A stretch of DNA of 64,000 nt from a virus (lineage: Duplodnaviria > Caudoviricetes): the IMG/VR virus record IMGVR_UViG_3300033073_000736, positions 1 to 64,000 of that record. One strand, written 5' to 3'. The position numbers and the translations under genes were made by a program. Under the pieces are notes generated by a model. It was not told where the DNA came from. It was given only the letters and a program-made list of their open reading frames with translations, and did not search any database. This document shows, in pieces, positions 1-7,771 of this stretch. Every line of letters begins with the position of its first letter. Position 1 is the first letter of the stretch.

Positions 1-104
1 CGCTATCAATATCATCCATATAATCGAAATCCCCCCTATCCTTTTCCGTCAGTTCATAGCCATATATCAAATGGCGCTTTTGATTGTTCGTGATGATCTT
101 CATG

Positions 105-380
105 TTATTCCCCCTTCTCTTCCCAGTCAAAATTAACGGCGTCATAATCACGGGGGTTCATTACCTCGCCTTCTACCTCATAAAACGCAGTACAGCCGGA
201 GCGAGAAACGTATTTCATCCCATCAAACCGATGCGACAAGCCGATATGACGGGAAAGGATGTTAACCGCTCCTCTTAATGTATTCGCCCTGACTGCAAAC
301 ATGTTCAGCCAACAGTAATTACACTCCCCGCCAAACAGGTCAGTATGCTCAAAATAAAACACTTGCTTTGATTTTGACAT
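105..380 (-). CDS. hypothetical early-region protein
   Basis: 91-aa ORF with SD (GAGGGG), TATAAT and an ACAAACAAC leader upstream. Confidence 0.7.
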   Translation of the reverse strand: MSKSKQVFYFEHTDLFGGECNYCWLNMFAVRANTLRGAVNILSRHIGLSHRFDGMKYVSRSGCTAFYEVEGEVMNPRDYDAVNFDWEEKGE

Positions 381-477
381 GATAATGTCACCCCTCGTTG
401 TTTGTCTGAATACATTATAAAAGCCTTGTTTAAAGCCCCTAGAATGTATGCCCTATAAACTAGGGCATAAACACTAT

Positions 478-750
478 CTAGAAATTGTATGGGATAGCGC
501 CATATTCTCTAGCAATTTTACCTGCTTCACGTTTCCCGCTGCATTCCCTGCGTATCCCATCAACAGGTCGCTCATTGCGGGTTATGATAACCACACCGCG
601 CCCCTTGCACCCGTAATAATGAGCGTACAATATTTCAGTCTTCATATTCCACACTCCCAAAAACCACAAAATAAGCCAGAATACCGGCTCCCAGAACAAC
701 ATTGTATTCATTGTCCACCATTCCATAGCCAAATGAGAAACAACATACAA
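478..750 (-). CDS. hypothetical early-region protein (start may be at 645, MKTEIL)
   Basis: ORF track; co-oriented with neighbours; start uncertain. Confidence 0.5.
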   Translation of the reverse strand: MYVVSHLAMEWWTMNTMLFWEPVFWLILWFLGVWNMKTEILYAHYYGCKGRGVVIITRNERPVDGIRRECSGKREAGKIAREYGAIPYNF

Positions 751-774
751 GCCCTGATAATACGTTCATTTTGA

Positions 775-1017
775 TTATTCCCCGTTAAGAATCGTGATAG
801 TGGACGTATTGAGATTCCCACCCATACTTTGTAGCTTATGGGCATATGCCCTAGCCGATTGCAGGCTACGGACATTCCCTGTCTGTTGATAATGGCGGAT
901 CATACGTCCCATAGCAAGAATAACTTGATTCTTACTCATTGTCTCCCAATGGATGCGCCCATTGATAAAAGGGACAATAGCCGACACTACGCAAACAAGA
1001 ATCAGATAAACAAGCAT
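775..1017 (-). CDS. hypothetical protein, hydrophobic N-terminus
   Basis: 80-aa ORF with AGGAGAG SD upstream. Confidence 0.6.
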   Translation of the reverse strand: MLVYLILVCVVSAIVPFINGRIHWETMSKNQVILAMGRMIRHYQQTGNVRSLQSARAYAHKLQSMGGNLNTSTITILNGE

Positions 1018-1081
1018 GTCTCTCTCCTAGTTAATCACGCTTTATTGCTAACACTCCTCAGAATGTTAGCTAAAAGAGTAA

Positions 1082-1231
1082 TCACGCTGGAAATACTTCT
1101 ACTGACCGGATAGTGCTAATGTCGTACCATTCGACATAATTGTCAATTCCTTTTTGACCGGCAACACAAGGGGAATTAGCACCGACCCAAGTTATATACT
1201 CATTGTTGATTATAACCTTAAAGCTTTTCAT
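1082..1231 (-). CDS. small hypothetical early protein (MKSFKV...)
   Basis: The ORF-track ATG at 1276 overlaps the -10 box of a promoter, so the internal ATG at 1231 with an AGGA SD is preferred. Confidence 0.55.
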   Translation of the reverse strand: MKSFKVIINNEYITWVGANSPCVAGQKGIDNYVEWYDISTIRSVEVFPA

Positions 1232-1274
1232 ATCCTGCCCCTTGTCGGCTTGTTTGCCGTGTTTTGATAGTGTC

Positions 1275-1303
1275 ATTCTAGGCTTGCTTTGCTATCTTGT
1301 CTA
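1275..1303 (-). promoter_or_regulatory. sigma70-type promoter TAGACA-N17-TAGAAT
   Basis: Direct motif match with 17-nt spacer. Confidence 0.6.
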
Positions 1304-1664
1304 GCCTTTTGTGTGGCTAATTGTTATCGGATTGTAACAGGCTTTATCTCTCTCTCTCTTTATATAGCTATCTCGCGTTAACAGGCCGGACACAAAACAA
1401 GCCTATCAGTGTACAAGCGTACGCTATTGGGCAGGGGGACAACAGGGGGGGAGAGATGGGAAGATGAAAAGGACACCCAGGCTAGACACCCAGGCGGGTG
1501 CTAGTTCCCGAAATGCTCAAGATCATTGCGCCGCAAGGCTTCCTGGGAATGCAAGGAATGGAAAGGGAAGAAAACCAGGAAAATCCGGCTCATTAGGAGT
1601 AAAACACCCACCCCGGTAGTATGTACCGCCCGTCAAGCCCTTGCGGCAAAATTTTCTTAACAAA

Positions 1665-1726
1665 CCATCGGCTAACTTGAAAACTCCCCCTTTCTATCCA
1701 AAAATCGCCCTAGTCCCCAAATTTTC
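1665..1726. repeat. copy 1 of a ~60-bp intergenic repeat (CCATCGGCTA.CTTGAAAA..CCC...CCAAAAATCGC.CTAGTCCC)
   Basis: Near-identical to 5311-5374; degenerate third copy at 5381-5435. Confidence 0.8.
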
Positions 1727-1758
1727 TAGAAAACTTCCCTGTTTTCTGGGGCATTCCC

Positions 1759-1965
1759 TTAGAAATGTTCCACTTTAACTGTCTTCCCGTCTGGCAGGTC
1801 ATTTGCCGCGTCGATTACAGACTTGATAGAATCAAGGTCAATATCGTCAACGTCAATTCCCGTAAACTCGGCATAATCGTCTGCGTAAAACTTGCTTCGA
1901 TTGTCAAGGTAAAAGCCAAGCCCTGAAAAATCAATCGACTGTTGTGTGGCCGTCAATATAACCAT
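1759..1965 (-). CDS. acidic hypothetical early protein (MVILTA...)
   Basis: ATG at 1965 follows TGTGT-TATGAT and an ACAAACAACGGGG leader. Confidence 0.65.
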   Translation of the reverse strand: MVILTATQQSIDFSGLGFYLDNRSKFYADDYAEFTGIDVDDIDLDSIKSVIDAANDLPDGKTVKVEHF

Positions 1966-2069
1966 TATATGTCCCCGTTGTTTGTGTATGGCTTGCATCA
2001 TAACACAATACAAGCCATTTTGCCATAGAATTTGAAAATCTTTACCGCTTATCGTGGGGCGGTAAAATA

Positions 2070-2294
2070 TCAGGGCTTGATCTTCTCCCAAAACCAATAC
2101 TTTTCAACAAAATCTGAAACAGTTTTAACTGTGACAGGGCCGGACATTATAAGACTATCAGCCGTAGAACAAAAGCGGATTCTCTTGCGCTTAATCTCTA
2201 CCTTTACGGGGAGTGTTCTGCCACAACGACAAATAAAGCCCTTGTCGTCAAGTGTTGCACCGTACAATACAAGCGTATCGGAAATAATGTCCAT
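2070..2294 (-). CDS. hypothetical early protein
   Basis: 74-aa ORF co-oriented in the cluster. Confidence 0.55.
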   Translation of the reverse strand: MDIISDTLVLYGATLDDKGFICRCGRTLPVKVEIKRKRIRFCSTADSLIMSGPVTVKTVSDFVEKYWFWEKIKP

Positions 2295-2603
2295 TGGATT
2301 CTAGTCTCGGTTCAGTCTGTTACAGTGTTGATATGCTAACACAAAACAATTGAAGCCGCAAACAACCTTACCCTTGTTATAGTAAGTGTCAACAATAACT
2401 GGCTTGCCATTGGCAGCCGTTTTAACGACAAATTGTGTGCTTTCGATGCGGCGTGATTGTTTCATGCTTACACCATGTCAAAACATCCGCGCTATTGTGT
2501 TTTTCTATTGCAGGAACACAAAGGAAAAACATATAACGCTAATCGGGTATACAAATGTACTGCCCGGCACTGTTAGCGCCGGAAAGTATGTAAAATTGCA
2601 TTG

Positions 2604-2924
2604 TCAAAGCTTAACACGCTTTTTGACAATCTTAAACGGGTAAGGCTCATTATCCCGATATTCCTTAAGTGAACGCCTTGCATTTTCCAAAGTGGTTTCA
2701 GTGTTGACGCATTCCCACCCGTGACCGTAGCCATAATTTGCTTGAATTTCCCACTCTTCGCGAGTTTTCCGCTTGTATGGCAAGGCATAGGCGCGGCGAA
2801 CAGTAACGCAGCTGTCGTATCCATCATGGTTGACAAGAGAACGTAAAACGTAGTCTTTATCACAATCATCTGCGAAAGATACTGCGTCAATCTTTTTCCC
2901 GTTAAGGTAGACATTCCAAAACAT
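2604..2924 (-). CDS. hypothetical early protein
   Basis: 106-aa ORF directly downstream of a TTGACA promoter. Confidence 0.75.
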   Translation of the reverse strand: MFWNVYLNGKKIDAVSFADDCDKDYVLRSLVNHDGYDSCVTVRRAYALPYKRKTREEWEIQANYGYGHGWECVNTETTLENARRSLKEYRDNEPYPFKIVKKRVKL

Positions 2925-2957
2925 GATGTTTCTCGCTTACTTGTGTGAATGATTGCT

Positions 2958-2986
2958 AATTTATAGCAATCCTTTGCCCTTGTCAA
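2958..2986 (-). promoter_or_regulatory. sigma70-type promoter TTGACA-N17-TAAATT
   Basis: Direct motif match. Confidence 0.7.
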
Positions 2987-2994
2987 TCCTTTAC

Positions 2995-3465
2995 TCAATA
3001 ATCTTGCAGCAATTCACGCAACGTTTCTTGCTGCTTTGTGCTGAACAGGCGGCGCATTTGCTTACCAATGTCACAACAGGCATTATAAACACCAAGGGCT
3101 TTAATACTATCGTCATCAAACCCAAAGCCGCTACACCAGTCAGAAAAGCACTGATTGACGGCCTCAGAATCTAACAGGAGTGAATGCAAAATGCTTGCAA
3201 TGTGCGGCGCTACGGGCTTGCCTTTGTCCGTGTATCCGCAATTAACAAGGGTTTTTGGTTTGGAACGCAACCCCACCCCAGTATAATACTGGAAAATCTC
3301 CTCTTTTTTGTCTTTGTGCACCGTAACGCGCCATTCATCACACTTCCAATCATTGTCGCGAGTAGTTTCGCCAACAAGCGATACAGTGTAATAAATCCCA
3401 TATTCATTCAACAGGGAGACGATTGCTTTGTTAGCCTGTTCTGTGGTGAGTTGTTCGGTTTGCAT
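2995..3465 (-). CDS. conserved-looking hypothetical phage protein
   Basis: 156-aa ORF with GAGG SD and its own promoter. Confidence 0.8.
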   Translation of the reverse strand: MQTEQLTTEQANKAIVSLLNEYGIYYTVSLVGETTRDNDWKCDEWRVTVHKDKKEEIFQYYTGVGLRSKPKTLVNCGYTDKGKPVAPHIASILHSLLLDSEAVNQCFSDWCSGFGFDDDSIKALGVYNACCDIGKQMRRLFSTKQQETLRELLQDY

Positions 3466-3503
3466 GATATACCTCTAGCTTGGTTGTGTTGTTCAATGTG
3501 GCA

Positions 3504-3533
3504 ATTATGCCTGTGTGTATAGCAATGTGTCAA
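3504..3533 (-). promoter_or_regulatory. sigma70-type promoter TTGACA-N18-CATAAT
   Basis: Motif match followed by an AACAACACAAC leader. Confidence 0.65.
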
Positions 3534-3553
3534 CTGTTTTTCGCTTGTTTTCG

Positions 3554-4171
3554 TCAGAAAATAGCGCCATCTTCCGTAAACTGGTATTCATTGCACAAGA
3601 TCATTTCGTCTACCTGTTCATCTGACGTGAGATAATCATATTCAGCCTCAAGGCTTTTATAAATGTCCCTTGCCAAGTCGCGGAAAATGTCGGCACATTC
3701 ATCTTCAAGCCCTTGCGGAATGTCGTAACGTTCGCCATGCCCTTCAATGTACACCGATACACTAAAGCGCATTGTCATTTCGTGGCAATAACGGCCATTT
3801 TGCGAAATGTCAACATTCACGCCGTAAAAATTAGGCTTTTGCATTTGCGTTAAACGCTTGCAAATGTCGTGCATTTCTTTCCATTGCGGGAACTCTTTTT
3901 TAAGGGATTGCGACCCTCCCTTTTTGTAAGAATATGTCCCTGTGAACGATGCGCCGTCTCCTTGACTCCAAAACCCGGAAAACATGATGCGGCTAATATC
4001 AAGCCCAAACAATTTGCAAGCGGTTGTGTACTGGTCATATACACATTCCCACCAATCATAGTCAAGCCCTTGACTTTTCCACCAGTCCCGTGCCTTTTCT
4101 TTGGCGCTATCGCTCAATTCATCGAACGTGAAAACTTCTGTTTCTTTGATCATCACGGAAGGCATGGCCAT
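3554..4171 (-). CDS. hypothetical protein (FDELSDSAKEKAR.WW / FSGFWSQGDGASF family)
   Basis: 205-aa ORF with GAGG SD; motifs recalled from a phage/ICE family that is often loosely labelled antitoxin; function unverified. Confidence 0.8.
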   Translation of the reverse strand: MAMPSVMIKETEVFTFDELSDSAKEKARDWWKSQGLDYDWWECVYDQYTTACKLFGLDISRIMFSGFWSQGDGASFTGTYSYKKGGSQSLKKEFPQWKEMHDICKRLTQMQKPNFYGVNVDISQNGRYCHEMTMRFSVSVYIEGHGERYDIPQGLEDECADIFRDLARDIYKSLEAEYDYLTSDEQVDEMILCNEYQFTEDGAIF

Positions 4172-4204
4172 TTCCTCGCTGGTTGTGTTGTTTCAATACC
4201 TGCC

Positions 4205-4233
4205 ATTGTATGCTATCAAGACAATACAGGCAA
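4205..4233 (-). promoter_or_regulatory. sigma70-type promoter TTGCCT-N17-TACAAT
   Basis: Motif match followed by an AAACAACACAAC leader. Confidence 0.7.
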
Positions 4234-4261
4234 GCGTTATTTGACTTAAAAGCGCAAGATT

Positions 4262-4447
4262 TTAAATCCTCCCGCCCATTTCGTACTTATCTAAAGCATT
4301 CCGCACAAAATCCACAAAGCTAATCCCCCTGCCTTGCATTTCTGCAATCTTGTTGATCCGTTCAATGTCAAGGCATTTGTTGATATTCAAACGGACGGGA
4401 AATTGCTTGTAAGCCGAGAAATCTTGCTTTTTCTTGTGTTCGCTCAT
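4262..4447 (-). CDS. small putative ribbon-helix-helix DNA-binding protein
   Basis: QFPVRLN strand followed by two amphipathic helices ending SFVDFVRNALD; ATGA overlap with the upstream ORF. Confidence 0.5.
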   Translation of the reverse strand: MSEHKKKQDFSAYKQFPVRLNINKCLDIERINKIAEMQGRGISFVDFVRNALDKYEMGGRI

Positions 4448-4632
4448 TTGCTTTGCTCCTTAACATGCTTATTTAAAGCCCTTGCCGCGTCTTTATCCCA
4501 GCAAAGGAAAAGCCAATTGATACAATCATCCGTATTACTGAAATGACGCAATTCTTTGATACGCTCATCTGATAGCAAAATCTTGCCGTTACTTTCCCAG
4601 CAATGCCAGTGGTTAAAGATAAATGGCTTCAT
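4444..4632 (-). CDS. hypothetical early protein
   Basis: 62-aa ORF with GAGGAAGG SD and AACATACAAC leader. Confidence 0.65.
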   Translation of the reverse strand: MKPFIFNHWHCWESNGKILLSDERIKELRHFSNTDDCINWLFLCWDKDAARALNKHVKEQSK

Positions 4633-4720
4633 GGTTGACCTTCCTCACGTTCTGTTGTATGTTCGCGGCTTATCGGAACTGACAAGCCGCTTGATGTTTT
4701 GAATGATAGCGGATTGCTAT

Positions 4721-4918
4721 CTATGCGTCAACAGGTTTGTACTGCTTTGCTAAAAAATCATCACAATGGTATCCGAAAATGTGCAGGTCATAATTCGGAT
4801 GATTAGGGTTTGACGTATCGAGCATGTGGCGGGGAGTATCAGACAACTCATTAACAGATTGCCGTACTGCCTCCTTGATAAGACGCTTCACTTCTTTAGT
4901 GTTGTAAATTGCGCTCAT
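4721..4918 (-). CDS. hypothetical early protein
   Basis: 65-aa ORF; first gene of the leftward cluster. Confidence 0.65.
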   Translation of the reverse strand: MSAIYNTKEVKRLIKEAVRQSVNELSDTPRHMLDTSNPNHPNYDLHIFGYHCDDFLAKQYKPVDA

Positions 4919-4956
4919 TGTGTCACCTGTTCCTGTTGTGTTGTTTCGATATAGCT

Positions 4957-4985
4957 AATGTATAGCAATGCTCAGACGGTAGCAA
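4957..4985 (-). promoter_or_regulatory. sigma70-type promoter TTGCTA-N17-TACATT
   Basis: Motif match followed by an AAACAACACAAC leader. Confidence 0.6.
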
Positions 4986-5310
4986 TACTGGTAATTGTAA
5001 AAGATTGTAAACGGAATGATCGAAAAAGGCATATAAAGGAAGCATTCTTGCGAATGCCGGGAACGCCTTGCAAGCGTAGCAAACAAGCTAAAAGCCCCTA
5101 CAAGGCGATTTTAGGCGCGTTTAGCTGGAGAATGTACAAACGTACTGGCAAGGCAGGAAACAGGGCTTAAACGGGCTTGTAGAACGTTCTAGCCCGCATT
5201 GTGACATTAGACAATGGCTCAGTGACGATTGTGCCATTATGTAATGTCATTAGGAGGGAATCGGTGGGTATCTCATCCGAGTTTCTTCCGACACCCTCGA
5301 TTGTTACAAC

Positions 5311-5435
5311 CCATCGGCTATCTTGAAAAACTTCCCCTCTTTTCCAAAAATCGCTCTAGTCCCTAAAAATTTCCAAGTTCCGGCTAATTTGAAAATCCTC
5401 CCTATTTCAAAAATCCCATCCAGTCCCTTGATTTC
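5311..5435. repeat. copies 2 and 3 (tandem, degenerate) of the ~60-bp intergenic repeat
   Basis: CCATCGGCTATCTTGAAAA...CCAAAAATCGCTCTAGTCCC followed by CGGCTAATTTGAAAA...CAAAAATCCCATCCAGTCCC. Confidence 0.75.
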
Positions 5436-6095
5436 AGGAAAACACACATCTTTTTCTAAAACCAAAAACACTTACATTCCTTGCAACACAACAAGATTCT
5501 TATAATCAGGGATGGAAATGATTACAAACACAACATTTCTGAAAGAAATGATTAAAGCAATATGTTACTCAAAACACCAAATCTGGCTCGAATTGAGCAG
5601 CAACATACACAAACATATGTCTTATCAGAGCTGTAAAACTTGTTAATAGGTCTGGTTAGAGCTTTTGCCTGCGGATTTTGAAAATCTTTTATCGGGTAAA
5701 ATATCCGGGTAAAATATCAGAGATGGAAATATATTGTTGAAATACACAACACAACCTGTCCCACATGAGCGAAGCGAATGTGGCTATTGTTGAAGCATTG
5801 TCGTTAGACAAGCTATACAACACAACAAAGACTGAAGTCTGTTGAGGGACACAACAAGCTATACACAAACACAAGACGGCTTGAGCAGAGCGAAAGACGG
5901 CTTCTTGTCAGCACAAAACGAAAGTTGTAGTTTTGATTAGCTTAGGTTGTAAAAATCAACCTATGGTTGAAGTTTGTTGCTGAAGATAAACACTGAGAAG
6001 GAAATTTGTTTTAGGCAGGGAAGAAAGAATCTCTTTATTTCTTTTCTTTCTTTGTTAAATAATCTGTTCTATTATCTGTTAGGGTGCGATAACTG

Positions 6096-6172
6096 GACGG
6101 GTCTAGTCCTGTAAAAAGACGGGTTCAGTCTTTTAAACGGACTGGTGTATCTTTTAAACGGACGGGTTGACA
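6096..6172 (+). repeat. iteron-like array: four GAC(G/T)GGT-starting units spaced 22, 22 and 21 bp
   Basis: Units start at 6096, 6118, 6140 and 6161; units 2-3 share TCTTTTAAACG; preceded by an AT-rich tract at ~6030-6080. Confidence 0.7.
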
Positions 6173-6195
6173 AGGTTCAGATGTTGTGTGACAAT
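6167..6195 (+). promoter_or_regulatory. sigma70-type promoter TTGACA-N17-GACAAT overlapping the fourth repeat
   Basis: Motif match at the start of the rightward arm. Confidence 0.65.
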
Positions 6196-6231
6196 GCTCT
6201 CGTAGACCAGCAAACCTTAGAGAATACAAAC

Positions 6232-6429
6232 ATGACGCTCACAAAAGTTCAGAAAGTTGTAGTTGACGACAAGATGAAAGACAGGTACACTGTCATTGGT
6301 CTATTCCAGAACCTGAGTGGACTTGCGGGTGCGGATGTCGGTTTGGTTAAAGGGAAGCACCGTATCCATATTAATTGCCTTGGATACGATTCCTATGTTA
6401 GTGGCTTAGTTTATCAGGAGATAAAATGA
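6232..6429 (+). CDS. hypothetical protein
   Basis: ATG at 6232 downstream of the promoter; stop overlaps the MTase start (ATGA). Confidence 0.55.
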   Translation: MTLTKVQKVVVDDKMKDRYTVIGLFQNLSGLAGADVGLVKGKHRIHINCLGYDSYVSGLVYQEIK

Positions 6430-7121
6430 ATGAGTTGGCACTTTTCGCGGGCGCTGGTGGAGGACTACTCGCAAGCAGTATCATCGGAAACACTATTGTA
6501 TGCGCTGTCGAACGAGATGAGTATTGCATCGAGATTTTGTGTCAAAGACAGAACGACAGAATTATTCCACCGTTCCCGATATGGGACGACATCTGTACAT
6601 TTGACGGGAGGGGATGGAAAGGAACTGTGGACTTGGTTTCTGGAGGATTCCCCTGTCAAGCATTCTCTAGTGCAGCAAGAGGTAGAAATATTGCTGAAAA
6701 AGATTTATGGCACGAGATGCGTAGGGTTATTGGAGAGGTTGAGCCTAGAGCAGTCTATGCTGAAAATGTATCCGAAAAAGCCATACTATATGCAAGAGAC
6801 GACTTGTTTCACATGGGGTATAACTGCGAATATATCAAACTTTCAGCGAAAGACGTTGGTGCAGACCATGAACGGGACAGATTTTGGTTACTTGCATACA
6901 CCGACGACTATGGCCAACTTTGCCGCGCCAAGTATGCAAAAGCACAAGGGGTGCCGGAACTTCGTAACAGCGTTTGGGAAACCTTCCCCGACGAACTTCG
7001 AGTATCTGATGGGGTGGCCTTCAGGATGGACAGACTTAAAGCCCTTGGCAACGGACAAGTTCCTCTTGTGGCGGCAAGCGCATGGATTATGTTGCACAAA
7101 AGATGTTTCGGAAACGGCTAA
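6426..7121 (+). CDS. C5 cytosine DNA methyltransferase, catalytic (alpha-type) polypeptide
   Basis: Motif I FAGAGG, IV GGFPCQ, VI ENV, VIII HERDRFW and X RLKALGNGQVP; motif IX and a TRD are absent from this frame. Confidence 0.92.
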   Translation: MNELALFAGAGGGLLASSIIGNTIVCAVERDEYCIEILCQRQNDRIIPPFPIWDDICTFDGRGWKGTVDLVSGGFPCQAFSSAARGRNIAEKDLWHEMRRVIGEVEPRAVYAENVSEKAILYARDDLFHMGYNCEYIKLSAKDVGADHERDRFWLLAYTDDYGQLCRAKYAKAQGVPELRNSVWETFPDELRVSDGVAFRMDRLKALGNGQVPLVAASAWIMLHKRCFGNG

Positions 7122-7134
7122 CCTTACTAAGTGA
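6430..7134 (+). CDS. putative beta polypeptide of the methyltransferase, overprinted in the +1 frame
   Basis: 234 codons open across the whole MTase gene; HTPTT (TRD-like) and PTNFEYLMGWPSGWT (motif IX-like); shares the AGGAG SD at 6416-6420. Confidence 0.72.
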   Translation: MSWHFSRALVEDYSQAVSSETLLYALSNEMSIASRFCVKDRTTELFHRSRYGTTSVHLTGGDGKELWTWFLEDSPVKHSLVQQEVEILLKKIYGTRCVGLLERLSLEQSMLKMYPKKPYYMQETTCFTWGITANISNFQRKTLVQTMNGTDFGYLHTPTTMANFAAPSMQKHKGCRNFVTAFGKPSPTNFEYLMGWPSGWTDLKPLATDKFLLWRQAHGLCCTKDVSETANLTK

Positions 7135-7325
7135 TAGAGAGATTGCAAATGAAAGTGCTGATCACCCTGCCTGCACCAGTTGCAGACATTGTACAACAAA
7201 CTCGCGGCGAGATGAGTATTCAACGATTCATTGTTGAGGCTATCAAGTCCTATCATCAACGTAACGTCTCCAATGGGGGAAACAAACATGACCGTAGTAG
7301 TACGAACACAGTTCCAATTAACTAA
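7131..7325 (+). CDS. putative ribbon-helix-helix (CopG/Arc-like) regulator
   Basis: KVLITLP alternating strand, then helix, then MSIQRFIVEAI helix. Confidence 0.55.
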   Translation: MIERLQMKVLITLPAPVADIVQQTRGEMSIQRFIVEAIKSYHQRNVSNGGNKHDRSSTNTVPIN

Positions 7326-7755
7326 TCTTCTGATTGATTGCTTGGGTAAGACGCAGACAACCACATCTGAGCGAATGCTTCTTATCTGTCTATCAAAATA
7401 CACCAACCCAAAGAACAATTGGCAATGCTGGCCTTCTACAGAGGTGCTGATGCAAGATAGCGCACTGAGCAGGTCAGCAACTTTTGCTAACTTAAAATCC
7501 CTCAAAGACAAAGGGATTCTGTCCACTCTCCCCGGCTACACAGGAAGATGCTCTCACTACATCATCCGTATCGAAAAGATTGCTGACGCTAGGTATGCCA
7601 CACAAGCTGAACTGGACAAGCCTAAAGAGAAAAGCAGCAATAAAGGCAGCAAACATGTTGACAAGTCCCCTCCTGTTGTGCAACAATCTTCACATCAACA
7701 AGGCTTCAGTCATCCAGACTACGACGATGATGAAGAACTTGATACGCCATTTTAG
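7288..7755 (+). CDS. winged-helix protein resembling the N-terminus of phage/plasmid replication initiators (HTH_36-like)
   Basis: ERMLLICLSKY...CWPSTEVL...LSRSATF..LKSLKDKGIL pattern; acidic tail ending in PF. Confidence 0.7.
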   Translation: MTVVVRTQFQLTNLLIDCLGKTQTTTSERMLLICLSKYTNPKNNWQCWPSTEVLMQDSALSRSATFANLKSLKDKGILSTLPGYTGRCSHYIIRIEKIADARYATQAELDKPKEKSSNKGSKHVDKSPPVVQQSSHQQGFSHPDYDDDEELDTPF

Positions 7756-7771
7756 AGAGAGAGGAACCAAA

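Noticed and set aside
5690-5900. Short direct repeats GGGTAAAATATC x2, ACAAGCTATACA x2 and GAGCGAAGCGAA-like motifs
   Set aside because: Real but only two copies each in low-complexity DNA; possibly part of the origin region but not supportable as separate features.
6096-6172. CRISPR-like array interpretation of the short repeats here, at 11011-11106 and at 1665/5311
   Set aside because: There are no unique spacers of constant length, the repeats are tandem or coding, and no cas genes are present.
7580-7771. 5' extension of the HNH-like ORF given by the ORF track
   Set aside because: It overlaps the wHTH gene; ATG 7772 has a good GAGG SD.
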